From an uncultured Solirubrobacterales bacterium (GTDB lineage Bacteria; Actinomycetota; Thermoleophilia; Solirubrobacterales; Solirubrobacteraceae), in NCBI GenBank assembly GCA_963792735.1, contig CAWBXK010000008.1, positions 14,306 to 78,305 of the forward strand: a DNA stretch of 64,000 nt. Reading direction: 5' to 3'. The position numbers and the translations under genes were made by a program. The notes under the pieces are model-generated. The model did not search any database. It was not told where the DNA came from and saw only the letters and a list, made by a program, of their open reading frames with translations. Position 1 is the first letter of the stretch; the number at the start of each line of letters is the position of its first letter. Shown here one piece after another: positions 19,692 through 30,137 of this stretch.

Positions 19692-20888
19692 TCAGGGCTG
19701 CCAGCCGGCGAGAATGGGAGCTCCGGGCGGCTGGGCACCCTTGGCTCCGAATTGGTTGGCGATCTCGCCTACGGCGGTGAACCGGGTGGGCGCGCTGACG
19801 CGGATGAAGATCCACTGGTCGGCTGACGGGCTGGAGGTGAGCAGCCATTGATGTTGGGGGGACCAGTCGATCCCCGTCAGCCGCTCGGGGGCGGTGAAAA
19901 CGGTCTCAGGGGTCCGTCGAAGTCCCGGCCGGCTGGCGTCAACCAGGGCGACGCTGTCGGCCGGCTGGTTGAGGTGGTGAACGATGATGGCGAGCCGGTC
20001 GCCGGTCGTGACTGCCGCGGGTCCGACGGTCTCGCCGGCCGGCACCGAGCCTGTGGCGATTTGGCGTCCGCCGGCGCTGTAGAGACTGAGGTGGTGGTTC
20101 GCCACCGCAAGCAGCCGGGCTCCGTCGGCTGTCCAGAGCAGCTGTCGGGGTGCGACGGCCGGCTTGATGCGCCACAGCAGAGCGCCGGTGTCGGCGTCGC
20201 GCAGCTCGATGAGTCCGCCGGGGTCCAGAAAAGCGATCCGGTGCGACTGGGCGGTGGCGGGCTGCCACGCCGGTGTCACCGGGGCCACTCGACCGTCGAG
20301 CCGGTGCTTCTCGCTGCCGTCCCCGGCGACGATCCACAGGGACCCCCCGGCGATGTAGGCGATCCGGTACCCGTCCGGCGACCAGCGCGCGAGCGTGACG
20401 GGGGCGTCGCCGGCGAGAATCCATTGCCGATGGCCTCGGGGGTCGAGCGCCGCGAGCTCCGAGCCGCGCCACGCCACGACGTAGAGGCTGTGCGGTGACC
20501 AGGCCGCGGCGGTATAGCGGCCGAGGTACCGGCGGCTGCCGTCGGCGTGCACGATCCACGGCCCGACCGGAGAGTTGACCAGTAGCCGGCCTCCGCCCGG
20601 GAGTCCGGCCAGCACCGGACGTGGACGCAGCGGGGCGGTGACGCCGATGGCTTGGCGAAACCAGCGGGCAAGCGCCTCGCGCGGCGCGCTTGCCGTCGCC
20701 AGGACGATCGCCGCGACGGCGATCAGGCCAGCGACCGCCGGCACCGCCACCCGCCACCGAGATCTCGCCCGAAACGCCGATGTCGGCTCGTAGGCGCTCC
20801 GCACGACGCGCCAGGCGCGCTCCTGCACCTCGGCGTCGCTGTCTATCGGTATCGCCGCCAGCCGCTCTCGAAGCTCGCGTTCGATCAT
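19692..20888 (-). CDS. Membrane-anchored TolB/WD40-like beta-propeller protein, probable anti-sigma factor
   Basis: Short cytoplasmic N-term, TM (VAVPAVAGLIAVAAIVLATA), repeats WSPHS, WSPDGYRIAY, WTADGARL, WSPQHQWL; start overlaps the ECF sigma stop. Confidence 0.7.
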   Translation of the reverse strand: MIERELRERLAAIPIDSDAEVQERAWRVVRSAYEPTSAFRARSRWRVAVPAVAGLIAVAAIVLATASAPREALARWFRQAIGVTAPLRPRPVLAGLPGGGRLLVNSPVGPWIVHADGSRRYLGRYTAAAWSPHSLYVVAWRGSELAALDPRGHRQWILAGDAPVTLARWSPDGYRIAYIAGGSLWIVAGDGSEKHRLDGRVAPVTPAWQPATAQSHRIAFLDPGGLIELRDADTGALLWRIKPAVAPRQLLWTADGARLLAVANHHLSLYSAGGRQIATGSVPAGETVGPAAVTTGDRLAIIVHHLNQPADSVALVDASRPGLRRTPETVFTAPERLTGIDWSPQHQWLLTSSPSADQWIFIRVSAPTRFTAVGEIANQFGAKGAQPPGAPILAGWQP

Positions 20889-21502
20889 GTGACGTGCTCC
20901 CGGCTCAGCTGCTCTGCCAGCTTGTCCAGCCCGCGTCGCAGCCGCGAGTTGACGGTGCCGCGCGGCAGGCCTAACGCCCGGGCGATCTCGCCGGGCGAGA
21001 GATCCTGGAGATAGCGCATGACGATCACGGCACGATGATCGGGGTCCAGCTCGGCCAGAGCGGCGAGCACGTCGTCATCGGGTTCGGGTTCGGTTTCGGC
21101 CAAGAGCTCAGGGACGGCCTCGGTGGTGGTCTCGTGGCGGGCGGCTCGCATCCGCGTCCAGTCGATTGCGCGGTTGACGACGATCCGGTGAAGCCATGGC
21201 GCGAACGGCCGGCGGCGGTCAAAGCGTCCAAGCGACCGCACCGCGGCCAGAAACGCTTCCTGCGCAACGTCCTCGGCGCCGGCGCGATCTTGGCAGACCA
21301 GATACGCGGCCCGGTGGGCGTTTGACCAGTGGCGTTGAAACAGCGTCGCAAGCGCTGCCTCTGAGCCGTCGCGAGCGGCGCGAATGAGGGCAGCGTCGGA
21401 GCGGTCACGGTCACTCACCGGAGCGTCACGGGCCGACCCATCACTCCATATACGTGCCGCGGCCAGCGCGAGGTCCCTAGACACGGAATTCTTCGCGCCC
21501 AT
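20885..21502 (-). CDS. ECF (sigma-70 group 4) RNA polymerase sigma factor
   Basis: AEDVAQEAFL, FAPWLHRIVVNRAID, HRAVIVMRY, EIARALGLPRGTVNSRLRRG; start may be GTG near 21417. Confidence 0.92.
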   Translation of the reverse strand: MGAKNSVSRDLALAAARIWSDGSARDAPVSDRDRSDAALIRAARDGSEAALATLFQRHWSNAHRAAYLVCQDRAGAEDVAQEAFLAAVRSLGRFDRRRPFAPWLHRIVVNRAIDWTRMRAARHETTTEAVPELLAETEPEPDDDVLAALAELDPDHRAVIVMRYLQDLSPGEIARALGLPRGTVNSRLRRGLDKLAEQLSREHVT

Positions 21503-21579
21503 CTCGAGCCATCATCGCAAAGGCCGTCACACGGGCTCCGGGTGGCTCGACGTCTCACGGGGACCTTTGCGGCCCTGCG

Positions 21580-22800
21580 TTGCGTATCTGGGCTATGCGT
21601 TATGGGGTGCTGCTACTTGTCGTGGCGTTACTGCCGGCTAGCTGCGTTGGCTCGGGTCCACCCCGAGCCCGCCCTCAGGCACGCCGTCTGACCGCCACCC
21701 GCGCAGCGACCCCCCGGACGCGCGCGTTCACCTCCAAGGGCGGTCGCCACCCGGCACGGCAGCGGCGGTGGCAGGCTCTGATGACCGCCCAGACCGAAGA
21801 TCGGCTCCTGGCGGTGGACCTCCCCAACGGGCGTGTCGTGCGCCGGGTCACGGTGCCGGGCGACCCTGAGTATGTGGCCACGATGGGGCCCGGCGGCCCG
21901 ATCGTCGTGCCCAGCTCGGCCTCCGGCACAGTGACTGTGCTCGGCGGCTCGCCAGCGCACGTGATCAAGGTGCTGCATGGCTTTGGTGGTCCGCACATCC
22001 CGGCGATGGCCCCGGGCGGCGGCTACGCCTACGTCACCGACGACGCTCGCGGCCAGGTCGACGCGATCCTGCTCCGCACCGACAAGGTCGTCTCGCGTAC
22101 CTTCGTCGGAGCCGGCGCGCACCACCTCGCCTTCAGCCCCGATGGGCAGCAGGTATGGATCGCCCTTGGACAATCCGCGTCCACGGTCGCCATCCTCAGC
22201 ACGGTCGTAAGCCGGCCTCCGCCGCCGTCCAGCGTCATCGCCGATCCCGGCCATCCCCGCCTGGTCGGAACGTTTCACCCCGGATACCTCGCGCACGACC
22301 TGCGATTCACACCCGACGGGCGACGGGTCTGGATCACCTCCGCCAGCGGTTCCGGCGTCGGCGTCTTCAACGCCCGCAACCACCGCCTCATGTTCCGTGT
22401 CCCCGGCGGCCCGCCGCCCCAGCATGTCGCTTTCGACGGGCCGTACGCCTACGTGACCAGCGGCTACGGCAGCCAGATCGAGCAGGTCTCCCGCGCCAGC
22501 GGTCGCATCCTCAAACGCGCCACCGCACCGTACGGCTCGTTCGAGCTCGACGCCGGCGGCGGATACGTCGTCACCTCATCGCTGCTGCGCGGCACCATCG
22601 CTGTGTACAACACCCATCTGCACCTGCTCCGCATCCGGCACCTCGCGCCGTCAGCCGAAGACGTGACGATCCTCCCGCCGAAGCGTGTCGAATCTGGGAT
22701 AGCGCGGCGTAACCCTATGTCCTGTAGCGAAGGTCGATCCAGTCGGTGTGCCGGGCCCAGCGCAGGGTCAGGCGCCAACATCCTGCCGTCGGCACGTTGA
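21580..22800 (+). CDS. YVTN/YncE beta-propeller lipoprotein
   Basis: Lipobox-like LLPASC; repeats GGGYAYVTDD, HLAFSPDGQQVWI, LRFTPDGRRVWI, VAFDGPYAYVT. Confidence 0.75.
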   Translation: MRIWAMRYGVLLLVVALLPASCVGSGPPRARPQARRLTATRAATPRTRAFTSKGGRHPARQRRWQALMTAQTEDRLLAVDLPNGRVVRRVTVPGDPEYVATMGPGGPIVVPSSASGTVTVLGGSPAHVIKVLHGFGGPHIPAMAPGGGYAYVTDDARGQVDAILLRTDKVVSRTFVGAGAHHLAFSPDGQQVWIALGQSASTVAILSTVVSRPPPPSSVIADPGHPRLVGTFHPGYLAHDLRFTPDGRRVWITSASGSGVGVFNARNHRLMFRVPGGPPPQHVAFDGPYAYVTSGYGSQIEQVSRASGRILKRATAPYGSFELDAGGGYVVTSSLLRGTIAVYNTHLHLLRIRHLAPSAEDVTILPPKRVESGIARRNPMSCSEGRSSRCAGPSAGSGANILPSAR

Positions 22801-23278
22801 CGGCCGATGGATAGATCTCTCCGGGACTGGAGTCTGCCGGCCACTGGTGGGTGACCAGCGGAGCGCTGGCGTGCAGGGGCTTCGCCTGGATTGACAAGGG
22901 CGAGCCGTGCCGAGGCAGACGCATGATCCACAGGATCTTGTTGGCGCGATCTGAGGGATTGCCCGCGCGGAGGGGATAGCCGAACACGAGCGCGATGACG
23001 AAACCGCGGCCGCTGAGCGCGTGAGGCCACGGTGGCGGACCGGGGCTGCTGTTACTCAACGCCGGCGCTGTCCAGGCCGGAACGCGGCCCCGGTAGAGCT
23101 TGGTTGCTCCGCATCCTCCGGCGACGACCGCCGGGCCGGTGAGATGACGAACGTTCGATCCGGTGGATCCACAAGCTGCCACCAAGCACGTCGCCGCCAC
23201 GATCGCGACAGTGCGCCACATCCGCGGGGACGTTACTACTCCGGAGCCGGGTGCGGACGCCATCGTCGTGCTGCCCAC
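22715..23278 (-). CDS. Hypothetical lipoprotein
   Basis: Lipobox CLVAAC-G; NKILWI and GCWRLTLRW segments; no family named. Confidence 0.6.
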   Translation of the reverse strand: MGSTTMASAPGSGVVTSPRMWRTVAIVAATCLVAACGSTGSNVRHLTGPAVVAGGCGATKLYRGRVPAWTAPALSNSSPGPPPWPHALSGRGFVIALVFGYPLRAGNPSDRANKILWIMRLPRHGSPLSIQAKPLHASAPLVTHQWPADSSPGEIYPSAVNVPTAGCWRLTLRWARHTDWIDLRYRT

Positions 23279-23398
23279 ATTGGCTCAGCCGGTCCGTCTC
23301 AAAGCGGCTCCAGGCAACGCGCGCGGGCAAGACCGGACGGGGAGGGCGGCGTCGAGAATCCGCCTAAAGCCGATCGCTCGGACCAGGCGGCGCGAACG

Positions 23399-23830
23399 TC
23401 ATCCCTCGGTCGGAGGCTTGCTGTCGGCCCCGACCCGGGGGCCGGGCCGCTCGAGCTCAAACCACACGTGGGTGGTCCCCTCGTGCACGCCCCAGCGGCT
23501 GGCGACCGCTTCGACGATGTCAAGTCCCCTCCCCCCAATCGAATCGAAGTCATGGTCATCGAGGACCCGCTCAAACCCCGAACCCTCGTCGATCACCTCG
23601 ATCAGGAGCCGGTTCTCATCAAGCGCGGCGCGAAGCGAGATCGTGCCGTGTCCGTGGAGCACCGCGTTATTGACGAGCTCGGTGACCAGCAGCTTCGCCG
23701 CGTCGAGCTCGTCGCCGGCCAGCGCCGTCGCATATTCATCGTCCAGGCGTCGCCGCGCCCGTGATGACGCGTGCAGATCACGTGGCAGCTCGGTCTCAAA
23801 CGGCGTATGCGGATTGATTCTGCATCCCAC
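23399..23830 (-). CDS. ATP-binding protein (RsbW-like HATPase_c anti-sigma fold)
   Basis: LLVTELVNNAVLHG, IEVIDEGSG, GGRGLDIVEAVASRWGV, VWFEL. Confidence 0.85.
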   Translation of the reverse strand: MGCRINPHTPFETELPRDLHASSRARRRLDDEYATALAGDELDAAKLLVTELVNNAVLHGHGTISLRAALDENRLLIEVIDEGSGFERVLDDHDFDSIGGRGLDIVEAVASRWGVHEGTTHVWFELERPGPRVGADSKPPTEG

Positions 23831-24435
23831 CTTTCGGAGGTCGGTGCGCGTCGCTGGATGTTGGGCTGCCTACCGGCGGCTGATCCGCGGCCGCCCTGTC
23901 CGTATCCGTACGGGCCGGGTAGCTCACACATTACCCGCAGCAAGCATGGTTCTAGCTGTTCCTCCCGATGTGCGACGAGGTCGGTCGGGCTTGGAAGCCG
24001 CCGGCCGCCGGGGATAGACCCCGGCGGCCGGCGCCTTGGTGGCGGGAGAGGGAACCGCCAGATCCCGCTGCGCGAGGGCAGGCGCAGCGGGGTCTCGCGG
24101 CTCTGGTCGCGGATCGCTTTGTCGGTACAGAGGGGGGCGCGAAAGCGCCAACGGCCATGTGCTCACCTTCATGCGGCTGATGTTTGGGGAGGGACCGATC
24201 GCTCCGTCACGAACCGCTCGACCGCCGCCCTGCTCCTGCGCAGTTCAGCCGTGCTTCGCCCGTCGAACCGGAAGCAATCCTACCAAGCCTTCCTGCGGTA
24301 TTCAGCCAAACGCAGGGGCCGATCCGGCGCGGACATCCGCGCGGTCGCACCGCGGAGGGTCATCTGTGAGGAATCTCACCGGCGCCGGCAGGCGATCGCT
24401 CAGGGGCGCAGAACCGAACAGGCAGAGGTCAATTC

Positions 24436-25422
24436 GTGGCTGGAGCTGAGGCGGCGCCGCGCGCACACTTTGCGGCTGAACAGGACGTTGCCGGTGCCAT
24501 CGGGCGCCGAGCGCCCGCGCGCCAGGACCCGGCCACCCGGGTAGCCGCACTCCGACCGCCGGCGTCTGGTGTCGCCGCCTGGGTCCGCTCGGTCCGGGTG
24601 CGGCAGTGGCCCAAGAATCTGCTCGTGTTCGGCGCTCCGGCCGCCGCCGGAGCTCTGTGGCGTCCGTCGGTCCTCGGCCGGGTCTCGCTCGCCGCGCTTG
24701 CCTTCTGCCTGCTTTCCAGCGGTGCCTATCTGCTCAACGACCTGCGTGACGCGCCTGAGGACCGGCGCCATCCGGTCAAGCGCCACCGTCCGATTGCCGC
24801 GCGCGTGATCGCTCCCGGCCGCGCCCTGGCTGCGGCGCTGATCACGATCCTGGTGGGACTGTGCGCGTCGGCCTCCCTGGGAGGCGCGTCGCTGGCCATA
24901 GCGGGCTCGTACGTCGCGCTGAACTTCGCCTACACGACGTGGCTGCGCCGCGTGGCGATCGCCGACATCGCGACGATCGCAGGCGCGTTCGTGATCCGGG
25001 CCGCCGCCGGCGGCGTCGCCGCCGCCGTGACGATCTCGCCGTGGTTCTTCGTCGTCGTCTCGTCTGCCGCCCTGGTGGTGGCGGCCGGCAAGCGGTATGC
25101 GGATTTCCTGGATCCGGCGGCGCGGGCCTCGCGGGCCGCGCTGGCCGACTACAACGCCGACTTCCTGCGGATGCTGATCACGGCCGCGCTGGCGGTGGCG
25201 GTCGCGGCGTACTGTCTATGGGCGTTTCAGGCGGCGGCACCGGGCACCGCCGGCTGGCGCGAGGTGACCATCGTCCCGTTCACATTCGCGATCCTGCGTT
25301 ACGTCCTGCTCGTCTCCGGCGGCGCTGGAGGGGCGCCGGAGGAGGTCCTCCTCGGTGACCGATTCATCCATGTCACCGGACTCGCCTGGGTGTTGACGTT
25401 CGCGCTCGGCCTCGTGCACTGA
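24436..25422 (+). CDS. ubiA: UbiA-family prenyltransferase, decaprenyl-phosphate phosphoribosyltransferase-like
   Basis: RVRQWPKNLLV, YLLNDLRDAPEDRRHPVKRHRPIA, GGAPEEVLLGD; start uncertain. Confidence 0.85.
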   Translation: MAGAEAAPRAHFAAEQDVAGAIGRRAPARQDPATRVAALRPPASGVAAWVRSVRVRQWPKNLLVFGAPAAAGALWRPSVLGRVSLAALAFCLLSSGAYLLNDLRDAPEDRRHPVKRHRPIAARVIAPGRALAAALITILVGLCASASLGGASLAIAGSYVALNFAYTTWLRRVAIADIATIAGAFVIRAAAGGVAAAVTISPWFFVVVSSAALVVAAGKRYADFLDPAARASRAALADYNADFLRMLITAALAVAVAAYCLWAFQAAAPGTAGWREVTIVPFTFAILRYVLLVSGGAGGAPEEVLLGDRFIHVTGLAWVLTFALGLVH

Positions 25423-25464
25423 AGGGGTCGGCGCCAGGGAGGCCGGTGGCCGCGATCTGGGAGG

Positions 25465-27501
25465 ATGTGCGCAACCATGGAGACGCGGGCACAACGGGAC
25501 GGCCCTCAGAAGGGGAGCTCACCGGCTCCGATGCCGCGCGATCAGCAGGGTTGGCGAGTCGCGCCCGCGCCGGACGGCCGCGGGACGCCTGAACAGCACA
25601 AGCCGACGCCGCCGCACCGGTGGCGGGGCTTCTGGATGTTCCTGATCGTGCTGCTGGCGTTGAACTGGATCTCGGTCCTCGCCTTCCAGCCGTCGGCCCA
25701 GCCGCGTGTGACCGTGCCGTTCAATCCCTACTTCCTGGAGCAGGTTCAGGCCGGGATGGTCAAGTCGATCTCGGCCAAGGGTGACACGGTCGAGGGCACC
25801 TTCGCCACCAAGGTGAGATATCCGCCGAACAACAGGAACGCTACGCCGACGACGTTGTTCTCCACCCAGGTGCCGACGTTCTGGAGCAATCAGGAGCTGA
25901 CCGATCTGCTGCGCTCCAAGGGCGTGCAGGTCAACGCCCAGTCGACATCGACGAGCCGGTCGCTGCTGGCCGAGATCCTGCTCGGGTTCGGCCCCACGCT
26001 GCTGATCGTGGGGTTGTTCATACTGCTGGCGCGGCGCGCTCAGGCCGGCGGGGGAATGGGCGCGCTGGGGAACTTCGGGCGCTCGCAGGCGCGGCGAGTC
26101 GATCCCGAGAAGATCCGCGTCACCTTTGACGACGTAGCCGGAATCGACGAGGCGAAGGCGGAGCTGACCGAGATCGTCGACTTTCTCAAGACCCCCGAGC
26201 GCTACGCGCGGCTGGGCGGGCGGATGCCGCACGGGGTGCTGCTGTTCGGGCCGCCGGGCACCGGCAAGACGCTGCTGGCGCGGGCGGTGGCCGGGGAGGC
26301 GCACGCGGCGTTCTTCTCGATCGCCGCATCGGAGTTCATCGAGGCGATCGTGGGGGTCGGCGCTTCCCGCGTGCGGGATCTGTTCGCCAAGGCCAAGGAG
26401 GCCGCGCCGGCGATCATCTTCATCGACGAGCTCGACGCCATCGGGCGCTCGCGCGCGGGCTCGGTGTCGGTGACCGGGGCCAACGACGAGCGCGAGCAGA
26501 CGCTCGACCAGATCCTGACCGAGATGGACGGGTTCGAGAGCACCGAGGCGGTGGTGGTACTCGGCGCGACCAACCGTCCCGAGATCCTCGATCCCGCCCT
26601 GCTGCGGCCCGGCCGGTTTGACCGCCGCGTGTCCGTGCAGCCACCCGACCGCGTCGGACGGCTGAAGATCCTGCAGGTCCACACCCGAGCGCTGCCGCTG
26701 GCCGACGACGTCGATCTCGACGCGATCGCGGCGGCCACCCCGGGGATGGTCGGCGCTGATCTGGCCAATCTGGCCAACGAGGCGGCGCTGCTGGGAACCC
26801 GGCGCAACCACGACAAGGTGCAGATGGACGACTTCACCGACGCGCTGGAGAAGATCATGCTCGGTGCCCCACGCGGAATCCTGCTCTCGTCCGAGGACCG
26901 CGAGCGGACCGCCTACCACGAGTCCGGTCATGCCCTGGTCGGGATGCTCACACCCGAGGCCGATCCGGTGCGCAAGGTCTCGATCATCCCCCGCGGGATG
27001 GCGCTCGGGGTCACGCTCTCCACGCCCGACGCGGATCGGGTCTCCTACTCGCGTGAGGAGCTCGAGGCCAAGATCAGGGTGGCGCTCGGTGGGCGGTCGG
27101 CCGAGGAGATCGTCTACGCCAAGATCACCACCGGGGCGGAATCAGACATCCAGCAGCTGACCCAGATCGCGCGCCAGATGGTCGCCCGCTGGGGAATGAG
27201 CGACAAGCTCGGACCGATCAGCCTGCTGCCAAGCGAGGGCGCGGGACCGTTTCTGCCTGGCGTCAGTGAGACCTCGCCCCAAACCCAGTGGCTGGTCGAC
27301 GAAGAGGTCCACCGTCTCGTCGACGAGTCGCACGCCCAGGTCAGCCGGCTGCTGACCGAACATCGCTCCCAGCTTGACCAGCTCGCCCACGCGCTGCTCG
27401 AGGCCGAGACCCTCGACGCGATCGATGCCTACGCGGCCGCCGGAGTGCCGATGCGCGCCGCAGAGCCGCTCGAGCCGGCCACTCAGGCCCAGCCCGCCTA
27501 A
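25465..27501 (+). CDS. ftsH: ATP-dependent zinc metalloprotease FtsH
   Basis: Two TMs, [33 protein letters not shown] motif [25 protein letters not shown]. Confidence 0.97.
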   Translation: MCATMETRAQRDGPQKGSSPAPMPRDQQGWRVAPAPDGRGTPEQHKPTPPHRWRGFWMFLIVLLALNWISVLAFQPSAQPRVTVPFNPYFLEQVQAGMVKSISAKGDTVEGTFATKVRYPPNNRNATPTTLFSTQVPTFWSNQELTDLLRSKGVQVNAQSTSTSRSLLAEILLGFGPTLLIVGLFILLARRAQAGGGMGALGNFGRSQARRVDPEKIRVTFDDVAGIDEAKAELTEIVDFLKTPERYARLGGRMPHGVLLFGPPGTGKTLLARAVAGEAHAAFFSIAASEFIEAIVGVGASRVRDLFAKAKEAAPAIIFIDELDAIGRSRAGSVSVTGANDEREQTLDQILTEMDGFESTEAVVVLGATNRPEILDPALLRPGRFDRRVSVQPPDRVGRLKILQVHTRALPLADDVDLDAIAAATPGMVGADLANLANEAALLGTRRNHDKVQMDDFTDALEKIMLGAPRGILLSSEDRERTAYHESGHALVGMLTPEADPVRKVSIIPRGMALGVTLSTPDADRVSYSREELEAKIRVALGGRSAEEIVYAKITTGAESDIQQLTQIARQMVARWGMSDKLGPISLLPSEGAGPFLPGVSETSPQTQWLVDEEVHRLVDESHAQVSRLLTEHRSQLDQLAHALLEAETLDAIDAYAAAGVPMRAAEPLEPATQAQPA

Positions 27502-27557
27502 GACGAGCTCGGACGCGACGTCCCCGCCGGTGAGCACCGAGCCGGGAAGGCATGGCC

Positions 27558-28484
27558 TCACCCAGCGGCGGCCGCCCGTGGCGGAGAGCCGGCGACCGGC
27601 CACTGGTTGATCGCGTGGCGGTTGGCGCCCCACAGGTGCTGGACCGCGTAGGCTCGCCACGGGCGCCACCGCTCGGCGTGAGCCGTAAGCTCCCGAGAGG
27701 CGCTGGGCAGGCCGATGGTGGTGGCGCCGCGGCGGACCCCCAGGTCGGTGCTGGGGAATGCGTCGGGGTCGCCGAGCGCCCGCATCGCGATCAGCTCGGT
27801 CGTCCATGGTCCGATGCCGGGGAGCCGGCCCAAGACGGCGAGGGCTGCGTCGCGGTCGCAGCCCGGCTCGAGTGAGAGCTGTCCGGATGCGAGCGCCTCG
27901 AGCAGCGCGGCCAGGCTGTGTCGCCGGCTGGCCGGCAGCGCCAGGCCGGCGGTGTCGATCGACGCAGGGGCGGGGAACAGATGGGTGAGACCACCGTCGG
28001 GGTCCGTCACGGGCTCGCCGAAGGCCGCCACGATCCGGCCGGCGTGGGTGCGGGCAGCGGCGGTCGAGATCTGCTGGCCGAGCACCGCTCGGACGGCAAG
28101 CTCGGCCCCGTCCACGCAGCGCGGCACCCGTCGGCCCGGGGCGAGCCCGATGAGCGGGCGCAACCACCGATCACCGGCGAGCGCCTGGTCGATCGTCTCG
28201 GGGTCGGCGTCGAGGTCGAGCAGCCACCGGCAGCGTGACACGGCTGCAGGCTGGTCGCGCGGGTCGGTGAGCGCGATCCGGCACCGGACGTGATCGGGCT
28301 CGGGGACGAGCGCGACGATGCCCGGTCCGTGGGGCAGGCGCAGCGTCCGGCGGTAGGCGCCTTCCCGGACCTCTTCAACGCCCGGAACGGCCGTGGCGGC
28401 GAGGTGACCGAACAGGTTCGCCGGACAGAGGGGTTGGCGAAACGGGAGCGTGAGCAGGACTGAAAGCCCTTGACGAGGGCGCAC
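27558..28484 (-). CDS. alkA: DNA-3-methyladenine glycosylase II (AlkA N + HhH domains)
   Basis: LFGHLAATAVPGVEE, LAVRAVLGQQIS, LPGIGPWT, DAFPSTDLG, WRPWRAYA. Confidence 0.92.
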   Translation of the reverse strand: MRPRQGLSVLLTLPFRQPLCPANLFGHLAATAVPGVEEVREGAYRRTLRLPHGPGIVALVPEPDHVRCRIALTDPRDQPAAVSRCRWLLDLDADPETIDQALAGDRWLRPLIGLAPGRRVPRCVDGAELAVRAVLGQQISTAAARTHAGRIVAAFGEPVTDPDGGLTHLFPAPASIDTAGLALPASRRHSLAALLEALASGQLSLEPGCDRDAALAVLGRLPGIGPWTTELIAMRALGDPDAFPSTDLGVRRGATTIGLPSASRELTAHAERWRPWRAYAVQHLWGANRHAINQWPVAGSPPRAAAAG

Positions 28485-28536
28485 GACCCCTGGAGGATGT
28501 CAGGCTCCGCCCATCTCAGCAGCTGATCGGAGAGCC

Positions 28537-30126
28537 ATGACCGAGCAGGCTCCTTCGCAGTCAACGACGTGCCTGGCGCCCGCGAACAAGAACCTGGTGC
28601 TGGCGGCGATGGTGTTCGCCGTCGCAATGACGTTCATCGATCAGACGATCGTGGCCATCGCGATCCCGAACATCCAGCGCGAGCTGTCCCTGTCGGCGAC
28701 CGGCTCGCAATGGGTGATCAACGGGTATCTGCTCGCGCTCTCGGCGCTGTTCGCGTTTGGCGGCAAGCTGGGGGATGTGCTGGGACGCCGGCGCATGGTG
28801 GTGATCGGGGTGATCGGCTTCGCGGTCGCGTCGGGATGCTGCGGGCTGACGCCGAAGGGGAGCGTGGCAGAGGTGTGGATCATCGTCTTCCGGGTGTTGC
28901 AGGGAGCGGCCGCAGCAATGATGTTCCCGGCGGCGGTCGGGATCGTGGTCGCATCGTTCCCGCTGCAGGAGCGCGGCCGGGCGATGGCGATCTTCTTCGG
29001 TATCTCCGGGGGGCTGACCGCGATCGGCCCGATCGCCGGCGGCTTTCTGACCCAGTGGACCTGGCGGTCGATCTTCTGGATCAACATCCCGGTGGCGATC
29101 ATCGCGCTGCTGTTGACCTGGAAGTCGCAACCGGATGAGCAGCGGCACCCGACCAAGCTCGACTACCGCGGGACGGTGCTGATCACGGGGGCGATGGGGC
29201 TGACGGTCCTGGGTCTGCAGCAGTCCGGCCTGTGGGGGTGGAGCAGCGCCAGGACGTGGGCGTGCATCCTGGTCGGTCTGCTGCTGATGGTCGGATTCGT
29301 GGCGTGGGAGCTGCGGACGCCTGATCCACTGCTGCGGCTGCAGATCTTCCGGGATCGCGGCTTCGCCACCGAGACTGTCGTCCTGGGCTTGATGTCGGTG
29401 GTGTTCGTCCCGTTCTTCTTCTTCGCCAGCGTGTATGCCCAGGTGTCGCTGGGAGAGACCTCCTCCGACGCCGGCATCTACATCATGTACTTCTTCCTGG
29501 GGTTCGTGATCGCGGCCCAGATCGGGGGTCGAATCCTCGACAAGCGGGGCGCGTGGCCAGCCGTCGTCGGCGGCAGTGCGCTCGGCGCGGTGGGGTTCTA
29601 CCTACTCGCCGGCAAGGTGACCAACCTGTCGCTGAGCGCCCAGACGACATACGTGATCCTCGCCGGCGCCGGGCTGGGCCTGATGCTCGGCACGGCTAGC
29701 ACCGACGCCGTCAACCGGGCTCCGAGCACGAGCTACAGCGAAGTGACTGGAGTGACGCAGACCGCCCGGAACTTCGGCGCCAGTCTCGGGCTGGCGGTTC
29801 TCGGGGCGCTTCTGGTCAGCCGCGACAAGGTCAATCTCACCGGTGCGCTGACCAAGGCCGGAGTCCCGAAGGCAGCGGCCGAGAAGGTCGCCGGTTCGTT
29901 CGGATCCGCCGCCGCCGGGTCGCAAGCCGGCACGGGCCATGGACGAGGACTGGTGCACGACGTCGCACTCGCCTTCGCCCACTCGACGCAGACGGTCTTC
30001 TACGTCATGGCGGCCGTCATGGCCGCGACGTTCCTCGTCGCGCTGCGCTGGTTGCCCCGCGGTCGAGTGCAGGCTCCTGACGAGCAATCGCTGCCCAGCC
30101 CAGGTCCAGCTCAGCTGGTGCCGTAA
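28537..30126 (+). CDS. MFS DHA2-type (EmrB/QacA) transporter
   Basis: FIDQTIVAIAIP, GKLGDVLGRRR, WRSIFWINIP; about 14 TMs. Confidence 0.9.
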   Translation: MTEQAPSQSTTCLAPANKNLVLAAMVFAVAMTFIDQTIVAIAIPNIQRELSLSATGSQWVINGYLLALSALFAFGGKLGDVLGRRRMVVIGVIGFAVASGCCGLTPKGSVAEVWIIVFRVLQGAAAAMMFPAAVGIVVASFPLQERGRAMAIFFGISGGLTAIGPIAGGFLTQWTWRSIFWINIPVAIIALLLTWKSQPDEQRHPTKLDYRGTVLITGAMGLTVLGLQQSGLWGWSSARTWACILVGLLLMVGFVAWELRTPDPLLRLQIFRDRGFATETVVLGLMSVVFVPFFFFASVYAQVSLGETSSDAGIYIMYFFLGFVIAAQIGGRILDKRGAWPAVVGGSALGAVGFYLLAGKVTNLSLSAQTTYVILAGAGLGLMLGTASTDAVNRAPSTSYSEVTGVTQTARNFGASLGLAVLGALLVSRDKVNLTGALTKAGVPKAAAEKVAGSFGSAAAGSQAGTGHGRGLVHDVALAFAHSTQTVFYVMAAVMAATFLVALRWLPRGRVQAPDEQSLPSPGPAQLVP

Positions 30127-30137
30127 GCCGCGTTAGC

